A stretch of 64,000 nt of DNA from Candidatus Latescibacterota bacterium (GTDB lineage: Bacteria; Latescibacterota; UBA2968; GCA-2709665): positions 1,216,001 to 1,280,000 of the forward strand of contig OZ252100.1 of assembly GCA_965248435.1 (NCBI GenBank), in the 5' to 3' direction. The translations under genes were made by a program, and so were the position numbers. How positions within the stretch are numbered: position 1 is the first letter of the stretch; every line of letters begins with the position of its first letter. Below, one piece after another: positions 18,077 to 26,365 of this stretch. Below the pieces are notes generated by a model. It was given only the letters and a program-made list of their open reading frames with translations, searched no databases and had not been told where the DNA came from.

Positions 18077-18711
18077 GCCAAAAGTGTTGTTTGATCACAA
18101 CCGTTTTTAATGACCTTAATCGATACAATTTTCCCTATGATGAATCCTATATTCCAAAGAATGGTATCTACATTTTATTTGAAAAGAGAGAAACCGGCCA
18201 TAAATGTGATAGAGTGGTGAGAATCGGAACTCATACAGGAATTAATCAGTTACGATCAAGATTAACACAACATTTTCTGAAGGAAAATAAAGATAGAAGT
18301 ATCTTTAGAAAGAATATTGGAAGAGCAATATTAAACAAAAGAAAAGATCCTTTTCTCAAACATTGGGAAATCGATCTAACAACAAAAGAGACAAAAGAAG
18401 AATATTTCAGGTTAATCAATTTGAATTATCAAATGGAGGTTGAAAGTGAAGTCAGTGTGTATATTAGGAATAATTTTTCGTTTGTTGTTTTCGAAGTCGG
18501 AAAAAACGAAAAGCGTCTTGAATTGGAATCTAAAATTGTATCAACGGTGTCACTCTGTGAAAAATGTAGACCATCAAGCTCATGGCTGGGGAACTTTTCA
18601 ACAAAGGAAAAAATTGTTAATAGTGGTCTATGGCAAATAAATGAGCTCTATAAGAAACAGTTGAATAGTAATGATATTGATGAGTTAGCTAGGTTAATGA
18701 AAAAGGTTTGA
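18073..18711 (+). CDS. GIY-YIG-like nuclease-family protein
   Basis: NGIYILFE...VVRIGTH..NQLRSRL.QHF...SIFRKNIG; ATGA-coupled to the DUF6884 gene. Confidence 0.6.
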   Translation: MSQKCCLITTVFNDLNRYNFPYDESYIPKNGIYILFEKRETGHKCDRVVRIGTHTGINQLRSRLTQHFLKENKDRSIFRKNIGRAILNKRKDPFLKHWEIDLTTKETKEEYFRLINLNYQMEVESEVSVYIRNNFSFVVFEVGKNEKRLELESKIVSTVSLCEKCRPSSSWLGNFSTKEKIVNSGLWQINELYKKQLNSNDIDELARLMKKV

Positions 18712-18781
18712 ATTTCTCATAATGAGGTCGGAAAATGAAAACATTTACCGTAGTTTTTATATGGTTTGGAAAGGAGGTAGA

Positions 18782-20388
18782 ATGTTAAGTAATTACTTAG
18801 GTTCTCAACCTCATTATGGATAATCCATCTAAACCAACAAGCAAGACGAAATAGGCTCGCGCTTATTTGCGGTGCCGGAATCTCAATTGATGCTGGGATA
18901 CCATCGTGGAATACGCTTGTGGAGAGAATCGCTCGCAATCTAAAGGATATTCCAGAAGACTCCATTCAATTCTTTGGTGCTGGTTATAGTCCTACCTTTT
19001 TGACACAAATTGCTTATGAGCATTTTATTCGTAAATGTAAGCTATATAATACGACTGATAGACTCCTCGCGAATGAATACTGGGCAAGAATTGTTCATGA
19101 GTCTCTTTACCAAGACTGCGATCAATCTATTGACAATATCTTGAATTCACATCCATATTTACGGCAACTGGCCAGACTAGCATTCAAATGTCCACAGATT
19201 GTAACTTTTAATTTTGATAATCTGTTATCAGAAGCAATGCAAGTGCATGCATCAGAAGTAGCGAAGACTGGTGGTCATTTGGTTCCACCAGACATTTCTG
19301 TTAAACCAGGCTTAATTGATAAACCTGGTGCACCTACAATATTCCACATTAATGGATTATTACCAAGAAATCTACAGAGAAAACGAAGCGAGCATTTAGT
19401 ATTCACCGAAAATGCTTTTGCTGACGCTATGTTGTCAACAAACAGCTTAGAATTCAATCACATTTTGTTTAACCTCAGCAACTATACAAACTTGATAATC
19501 GGGCATTCGCTAAACGATTCATCGCTCAAGAATTTACTGAGGGGGTCAAGGCAAAGGGCTCCTGCGCAATTGAATTATTTCATTAGCTGGGTTGATGAAA
19601 AGGAACCACCAAATGATCAAGTAATGCAAGATATTTTTGCCGTTAATCTGGAAGTGTATAATCTGATAACGATTTTTGCCACTACTTCAGACATTGCAGA
19701 GATCCTAAAACTAATAAATATAACAGAAGAAATCGATTTCGCGGCAGCATTAAGACCTTTCGGGATTTCATCCATTAAATATCTATACTACATTGTTGGT
19801 CCCGTCGCATCTGGCAAAACTTCGGTTCTGCTGCATTTACGCTATTTCCAGACCTATGAAGAATGGTTAGATCCAGTTCCACCGTTGATGTATCTAAGTC
19901 ATAACCTCCTAACAGATGAACAGCGTTCAGATGTTGAAAAATGGGTATTAGACCAATTAGATAAGAAGAACAGAATAATGCAAAGGACTGAGGCGGGTTT
20001 CTATTTTATGGATAGAGCACCCTTAGATGCTTTGGTTTTTTCTGCTACTGAAGAGGAACGAAGAAAAAAGGCATGTGCTCTGTCCAAGTGCTTTCAAGCT
20101 GATAACCAGCTTACAAATGCTCAGATCCAGTTCATTTATGCCGAAGGGAAGGCGCTAGAAGAGAGGAACATTCGACGAGGCAGACTTCCTGAACAAGGAG
20201 GGGATTCAGATTATATTGATAAACAAACTAATGATCTATTAACACTCTATACTCCAGACAAAATCTATGATGCAACAAACAAAAGTTCTGGAGAAATCGC
20301 AAGAGAAATTGTAATCTCAACATTACTTGATGATTATGAAGAGAAGAATTTAGGAAGCATATTGGAAGAAGAAACCAATGAAATCTAA
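18782..20388 (+). CDS. SIR2-like domain fused to a deoxynucleoside/nucleotide-kinase-like P-loop domain (apparent 1-nt frameshift near 18820)
   Basis: AAGGAGG + ATG 18782. In the main frame: LICGAGISIDAGIPSW, IVTFNFD, FHING, IGHSLND (SIR2); GPVASGKT, YEEW, MDRAPLD, ERNIRRGR (dNK-like). Confidence 0.85.
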
Positions 20389-20803
20389 AGTATATTTTGC
20401 AGCTCCTCTGTTTACAAAAGAAGAACGATCCTTCAATTCGTTTCTAACAGATATTCTGTCAAAGAGATACTATGTTTATCTTCCCCAAAGAGATGGTGTC
20501 CTGCTAGAAAACGAGGCTCGTAAAGGGAAATCGGTTGCTCAGGTAAAAGAGCTTATTTTTGAGAAGGACTGTGAAGCAATCAGAGACTGTAATATTGTTT
20601 TTGCTGTTCTTAACGGTAGAACCATTGATGAGGGTGTTTGTTTTGAACTTGGCTATGGATTTGCTCTGGGGAAGAAATGCTGGAGCTATAAAGAAGATTG
20701 GCGCTCTTTGTTTAAATATGGTGATAATCCAATGATTGAAGGTGCAATACAACACTATTTCAAGTCAATTGACAAACTTGTAACCTTCATTAGCGATCGT
20801 TAA
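20378..20803 (+). CDS. Nucleoside 2-deoxyribosyltransferase / DNPH1-like N-glycosidase
   Basis: VYFAAPLF, YLPQRD, KDCEAI, IDEGVCFELGY (catalytic Glu), NPMI; overlaps the upstream stop by 11 nt. Confidence 0.9.
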   Translation: MKSKVYFAAPLFTKEERSFNSFLTDILSKRYYVYLPQRDGVLLENEARKGKSVAQVKELIFEKDCEAIRDCNIVFAVLNGRTIDEGVCFELGYGFALGKKCWSYKEDWRSLFKYGDNPMIEGAIQHYFKSIDKLVTFISDR

Positions 20804-20859
20804 TTCAAAGTTCTTGCTTTTCCAAAGTGAATACACTGCGGTAAATATAGACAAAGGAA

Positions 20860-20900
20860 ATAGTCGGGTAGCCGGCGGATTTTCTCCCCCAGCTCCCAAA
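20860..20900 (-). mobile_element. Remnant of a group II intron 3' end (domain VI-like)
   Basis: Minus strand TGGGAGCTGGGGGAGAAAATCCGCCGGCTACCCGACTAT resembles bacterial group II ends (GGGAGCCGG...CCGGCTACCCGAC); domain V and the RT gene are absent. Confidence 0.45.
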
Positions 20901-21237
20901 GCAGGTGCCCCACTCCTTCAAGAGTGAGTTTCTGATGTATGTGCTTATTCTCGTAATAGTTAAATCAAAAGTACAGGTCTATTTTCGTAACAGGCCACTA
21001 GAATCATAAAACAGAGAAAAATTGAAGCCCATCCTGGATTCGACTTGAGCATCAGGCGTCGTTCGGTCACCCTCCTATTCCCTCAACGATCTCGCAAAAC
21101 GCTGTCCTCTGAAATTCCCTGTCTGAAATTTCACCAATGACCGAAGTGTAAGCCTCCTTGAGAGGATTCGGTAGGTTTGGGACTCTAGTCCGACCTGCTC
21201 ATTCTCCGTAAAGTGCAGATGAAACCCAATCCACCTT

Positions 21238-21495
21238 TTACAATCCAGGAGGGATTCCTCGGATGCCTATGTAGTCCTTTTCAGCCGTTTTCAGGCCCTT
21301 CTCGGGAAGTGATGGGGTTTCTTTGCCCAAAATCCCAAAAACCCCATAAATGCCAGTCTTCAGAGGCTTTAGTATCAGTGCGTCCTTTCTCTCGCTTAAG
21401 TCCATCTCCAGGAGAGTGTCCTCTTCAATTTCCAGTTCCTTACGAAACTCAGAAGGGATCGAGACCTGCCTTCCTTTTGTCGTTTTTGTTAGCAT
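21238..21495 (-). CDS. AbrB/MazE/SpoVT-like DNA-binding protein
   Basis: TTKGRQVSIPSEFRKELEIEEDTLL...LILKPL. Confidence 0.65.
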   Translation of the reverse strand: MLTKTTKGRQVSIPSEFRKELEIEEDTLLEMDLSERKDALILKPLKTGIYGVFGILGKETPSLPEKGLKTAEKDYIGIRGIPPGL

Positions 21496-21764
21496 TCTGC
21501 ATAACCTCATTCAGAATGAAGCATTTGAAGTATTTAAAGCTTTCGGCTTGCTCTCTTTGCACTTCGGACACTTGGGCATTTTCTCCACCAATTGGAGAAG
21601 AGGGCTTTTCACCCTCTCCAATTTCCTCACTTCTCTCAACCGCCTTCTTCCTAAATACTGAGAACAGCTTCATATCCTCATCTTTCTTGTTCTTTCCAAT
21701 GCCGTTAAAGACTATTCTCACTTCATCTCCCACACTTACTGTCTGAATATTCACAGGGCAGAAA

Positions 21765-22208
21765 TTGTTATTGGCTTCAGTGTTCCTCTTTTTCTGTATG
21801 GAAAAACGAAAATATGGCCTTCAGCTCTTCGATGAAAACTATCTCCCACGACCCTCACCGCCGTTTCCCTTCGGGATGCAACCTCAACATTCGGTTGGGA
21901 ATGCTGGGTTGTTCCGGAAACTCTTGACAGGATTGGCGGCGCTCCAAAGGAATTCATTGGTCCGTTATAGAGATCCATCTATTGAAGGAATGTTGAAGGA
22001 GAGCGTTGTTGAGGAAGCACTCAATGAGACCGGTATGAATTCAGAACGAAGATATCCGTATCTCGAAGCAGAGGTGAGTGATGCAGTGGAAAGCGGTAGG
22101 TATTTTCGAACTCTAGGAGCGTCGAAATCCAGTCGTGGCCGGAGCCTTCTGGAGCAAATGGACTTACTCCCTCGTGAGCTCCCACGAGACAGTATCAGCA
22201 TTTCCTAA
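21765..22208 (+). CDS. Hypothetical protein or fragment
   Basis: 147-aa ORF, partly protein-like; no family recognised. Confidence 0.3.
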   Translation: MLLASVFLFFCMEKRKYGLQLFDENYLPRPSPPFPFGMQPQHSVGNAGLFRKLLTGLAALQRNSLVRYRDPSIEGMLKESVVEEALNETGMNSERRYPYLEAEVSDAVESGRYFRTLGASKSSRGRSLLEQMDLLPRELPRDSISIS

Positions 22209-22447
22209 GAACGGGATTCTATGTGAGGGAAGGAATGATCTACAGGGGACCTCGGTAAATCCCTGTGGCAAATTTGAGGAGATATGGTCGTGCAGCTAAG
22301 CGCTAAGTGCTCAAGGAGTTGAATTCGAATTTGTGGAAGATCCTGAAGACCTAGCTAGCTAAGGCTATTGCGTCTTTCATTCCCGGTGGAGTTCGTAAAG
22401 CTATATTCGATCGTTACCGAACTGGATGTCAGAGATGTAATCCCCCC

Positions 22448-22830
22448 CTAGACCTCCTTTCCAAAGTTCTGAGCAAACGTCAGAAAGTCCAAGAAGTCTA
22501 CTGCCTGTTATTGTCAAAATCAAATTTTGCATCGAACTTTTCTTCTCCTTGCTTTGTGCCAAAACCCTGTGCAAAGGCGAGGAAATCAAGGAAGTCTACT
22601 TTGTTGTTGCCATCAAAGTCACCAACCAAGAGAGTAGCTATCGTAACGGTGAAAGCGTGCTGGCCCGCAATGGAAACAAGAGCTCCTTCATCATCTTCAG
22701 TTCCATAGATCTGGTCATTCGGAAGAATTTGCTTGTCAAACACGTGTCCGTCCCTCCTATTGGCCAGAATAGGCATGCTAGGAGGATGCCAGCAGAGAAG
22801 GACTTAAAGGCAATCGAAAGGAAGCCATGT
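22448..22830 (-). pseudogene. Remnant of an exported protein with C-terminal EF-hand/dockerin-like repeats
   Basis: GDFDGNNKVDFLDFLAFAQGFG...FDFDNN, frameshift, then VDFLDFLTFAQNFGKEV*; a signal-peptide-like piece lies in another frame. Confidence 0.75.
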
Positions 22831-22975
22831 TAAAAAAATAGAAACCCCGAGGACTACCAACGAAGCTCTGTCGGTATATATCCTCGGGGTCAAATAGGAC
22901 CGGAGGCGCTGGCATCCCCCGGTCAACGCAGCCCGGCAAGATGAGACCCCTAGATCACGGCCAGGTTGCGTCACG
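22831..22975 (-). promoter_or_regulatory. Structured leader ending in an intrinsic terminator
   Basis: Hairpins GACCGGGGG/CCTCCGGTC and GACCCCGAGGAT/GTCCTCGGGGTT + TCTATTTTTTT; upstream CTAGGGGTC can pair with the terminator 5' arm. Confidence 0.5.
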
Positions 22976-23021
22976 ATCCAGTCATCAAAAGCCCCGCTTG
23001 TGCTCCGACATCAGCCATCCG

Positions 23022-26000
23022 TTAAGAAATCGCGCTGGGTTGCGACAGGACCACGGCCATTTCTCGATGCAGGGCCGTCCTTAGATCATCCAAGTAAGTA
23101 TAGAATAGCGGCACCACGAACAGCGTCAGGGGCGTCGCGCACAGCAAACCTCCCATCATCGCCCTACCCATAGAGGAATACGGAACGCCCATCAGCGTGT
23201 CCGAGGCAAGCGACATCGGCACGAGCCCGAACACGGTCGTGAAGGTCATCATCAGGATCGGACGGAACCGGCTAGTACCGGCCTCCAGGATCGACTCCAT
23301 CCGATCCTTGCCTTCAGTCCTCAGCCTGTTGACCACATCGACGAGCACGATTGCGTTATTCACCACGACCCCGATCAGCACGATGATCCCCACCTGGGCC
23401 ATCTTGTCCATCACAGTGTCGGTAAGGTAGAGCGTCCAGTAGACGCCCAGAAAGGCGAACGGGATGCAGAACAACACCGAAAACGGGAGAAGGAACGACT
23501 CGAACAGCACACCCATCAACAGGTAAACACACGTGATCGCCAGAATAACAGCGAACGCCATGGTCTGCTCCGACTCCTTGAATCTTGAATACCGCTCCCC
23601 CTTGTCCCAGGAATACCCTGGCGGCATCTTGAAATCCGCCATCACCCGGTCCACATCATCGTAGAGGCCCTTGAGGTTATCCTTGGTCGCATACATATCC
23701 AGTGTCAACTGAAGCTTCCCGCCAAACCGGTAAACCCTCATGTCTCCCTTTTTCACCCTAAATGACGCAAATGCTGAGAGTGGGATCCTCTCACCCAATT
23801 CCGAGGGAAAGGTTAAGTTCTTGAGTTGGTGCAGGCTCTGCCTGTTCAGCTTGTTCAAGTAGAGTCGCACCCGCATCTCCCGTGCGTCCGATCGGTAGCG
23901 AGGCAGGTCGACCCCAGCGTACTGGTAGGCAATGCTCTCGCTTACGAACTTAGGGGACACCCCAAATCTACTCATCCGCTTCCGGTCTAGGAGCACGAGA
24001 ACTTCGTCGTCTGCAGCCTCAGAATTACTCACTATGCTGGTGACCGAAGGAATGGTCCGAACCCGAAATGTTGCTTCCTTAAGCAGATTGTCCAGCATTT
24101 CAATATCCTCGCCCCTAAGGTTAATGCGCACGAACGTCCGGCCATATCTTCCCGATTGGTCGACATCGAAATCGTGCCCTACGAATTTGGGCATGGATTC
24201 TCTTATGTCCTTGATCACGGCCTTCCGGTTCATTGGACCAGCCAAGGGGTTGTCAGCCCAACTTCTGAGGCCCTTATATGCTTGATACCACCATTCGCGA
24301 TTCTCTTCTTCCTCCAGAATGACTTCGAAGAACAGACGGCTTCCCCCCATCGTTCGATACATAAACCTCACGGATTGAATACCGTAGGCCGCCTTCCTGC
24401 TCTCCAGAAAGTCCTCGATCTCGACACCGACGTCACTCAGCTCCTCCCAGCCCAGAAACTTCGGCGGATAGCCTGTAATACGTACGCTGCTGACCACACC
24501 TTGCAATAAATCCGTCTTCTTGACCTTTTCCATCGGATACAGCACCGTTGCAAACAGCGCGACGGCGATCAAAGCGACGTCTCGTCTATGTGTAAGTGCC
24601 CAGGCCAGGGCCTGATGATATCCCGTTCGGGCCCAACGGATCGACTTGGGATCCGCCTTCACCTCAGACCCACCGAACCGCTCTGCTGCCAGAGGGATGA
24701 AGATCAGGGCCACGAACAGAGAGCCCAGAAGAGCCGCGACAAAAGGCACACCGATCTTCGTCAGGAAGAATGAGAGATCCACATCTCCGCTCATCACCAT
24801 CAGGGGCAGAAATACGACCACCGTCGTGAGCGTGGCTGTCGTAATCGCCAGCCCCACCTCGCTCGCCCCGTTCACCGACGCAACGCGAGGGTTCGCCCCT
24901 TTCGCCCGCATCCGGTAGATGCTCTCGACGATCACGATCGCGTTGTCCACGACCATGCCTACAGCGATCATTAGCCCCATCATGGTCAGCAGGTTCAGAG
25001 ACCAATCCATAAAGTAGAGGACGGTGACGGCGATCATCACGCAGAGGGGAATGGCCAGAGTGATCAGCGCAGTCATTCGCGCAGAACGAAGGAAGAAAAG
25101 CAGTACCAGGGCCGCAAGCAGACCGCCCCAGAGGGCCGTATTCTGCAGATTCTCTATCGATTTCCGGATGAGATTTCCCTGGTTGTAAATGGTGCTGAAT
25201 TGGAAATCAGTATCTGCCTCAATCTCCATCAATTCCGCCTCCACCCGATCACACAACTCCACGATGTTGGCTTCCGACGCCCTGTGAACGCTGATGTAAA
25301 CTGCTGACTGTCCATCCATACGGAATTTCGCCATCTGCAACGGCACATCATAGACGACACTTGCGACCTCCTTCAGCCTGATGACACCGCCCGGCGCAGA
25401 GATCGCGAGGTTCTCTATTTCGTCTACGCTTTGGAAGCGTGCCACAGACCTAACATAGAACTTCCTTCCACCTTCATGAACGGTGCCACCGCTCATTTCA
25501 AAGTTGTCCGCCCTAAGTGTCCTCACAATTTCGTGTGTGGTCAAGCCTCGTGCCTGGAGCCGCTCCTGGTATACTGAGATCTTTATCACCTTCTTAGGAG
25601 GCCCATAGATCCTTATGCCCGCCACCCCATCAAGCCGCTCCAACCGCGGTTGCACCCACGTCTCTAAGGCGTAGTACATGTCTTCGGCATCTCGAGGAAC
25701 TGTGACATCCACCCCCAAGATTTGTTCGTCAGCATCCCGATCGTATTTGAAGACGAAGACATAGTGCCGTATTTCTTCAGGCAGCACTTGCTTCATACTC
25801 TCCACCCGATCAACAACCCTATTGTAAACGTCCGTCATATCGACGCCTCTTTGGAACACTAGCTCTGCGGAAGTTGCATACTTGTCGCTGCGTATTCGAA
25901 ATTTCTGAAGATTCTTCATGTTCCTGAAGTGCTCTGTCAGTGGTCGACCAATCAGCAAATCTTTTTCACGCGGCGAAATGTTAGGCTGAGTGGGGATATA

Positions 26001-26186
26001 GACATAGATTTGGGGGCCATCCAGGCCGGAGGCAAAGGCCCGTATCGGGATCCGGGAGTGCGAGACCAGGCCGATTCCCAATAAGGCCACTAAGCACATC
26101 GTCACCGTCACCGGACGGGTCAGGAAGATCCGAAGGAGCAAAGCGGAACCTCTGTTCAATTGTTCTGAGATAGTGCCACACTCCAA
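23022..26186 (-). CDS. RND efflux transporter permease (AcrB/AcrD/AcrF family)
   Basis: 1054 aa; RPVTVTM, VGMVVDNAIVIVE, GVVVNNAIVLVD, RFRPILMMTFTT. No MFP or TolC gene adjacent. Confidence 0.95.
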   Translation of the reverse strand: MECGTISEQLNRGSALLLRIFLTRPVTVTMCLVALLGIGLVSHSRIPIRAFASGLDGPQIYVYIPTQPNISPREKDLLIGRPLTEHFRNMKNLQKFRIRSDKYATSAELVFQRGVDMTDVYNRVVDRVESMKQVLPEEIRHYVFVFKYDRDADEQILGVDVTVPRDAEDMYYALETWVQPRLERLDGVAGIRIYGPPKKVIKISVYQERLQARGLTTHEIVRTLRADNFEMSGGTVHEGGRKFYVRSVARFQSVDEIENLAISAPGGVIRLKEVASVVYDVPLQMAKFRMDGQSAVYISVHRASEANIVELCDRVEAELMEIEADTDFQFSTIYNQGNLIRKSIENLQNTALWGGLLAALVLLFFLRSARMTALITLAIPLCVMIAVTVLYFMDWSLNLLTMMGLMIAVGMVVDNAIVIVESIYRMRAKGANPRVASVNGASEVGLAITTATLTTVVVFLPLMVMSGDVDLSFFLTKIGVPFVAALLGSLFVALIFIPLAAERFGGSEVKADPKSIRWARTGYHQALAWALTHRRDVALIAVALFATVLYPMEKVKKTDLLQGVVSSVRITGYPPKFLGWEELSDVGVEIEDFLESRKAAYGIQSVRFMYRTMGGSRLFFEVILEEEENREWWYQAYKGLRSWADNPLAGPMNRKAVIKDIRESMPKFVGHDFDVDQSGRYGRTFVRINLRGEDIEMLDNLLKEATFRVRTIPSVTSIVSNSEAADDEVLVLLDRKRMSRFGVSPKFVSESIAYQYAGVDLPRYRSDAREMRVRLYLNKLNRQSLHQLKNLTFPSELGERIPLSAFASFRVKKGDMRVYRFGGKLQLTLDMYATKDNLKGLYDDVDRVMADFKMPPGYSWDKGERYSRFKESEQTMAFAVILAITCVYLLMGVLFESFLLPFSVLFCIPFAFLGVYWTLYLTDTVMDKMAQVGIIVLIGVVVNNAIVLVDVVNRLRTEGKDRMESILEAGTSRFRPILMMTFTTVFGLVPMSLASDTLMGVPYSSMGRAMMGGLLCATPLTLFVVPLFYTYLDDLRTALHREMAVVLSQPSAIS

Positions 26187-26365
26187 TTCTCACGATCCAA
26201 TATTTAGGAATTCGCACTTGCTATGGTGTCGCAAGTCGATCCGCCATTGTATGCGGCTGAGTGCCATCAGAATGACTATCGACATATCGATATCTTCCTC
26301 AGGAGCGAAACAGGTTGCTCAATCCGTTAGTTCTCTAGCCTAAGTAAATCACCAATTGCCGAAGA

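Noticed and set aside
18782-20803. Thoeris (ThsA + ThsB) assignment
   Set aside because: The SIR2 partner domain is a P-loop kinase rather than SLOG, and the small gene has NDT motifs (YFAAPLF, DEG..FELG, NPMI) rather than a ThsB TIR signature.
21022-21050. tRNA 3'-end-like sequence (GTCGAATCCAGGATGGGCTTCA on the minus strand) as a possible att site
   Set aside because: No matching T-stem, no TTC and no CCA; too weak.
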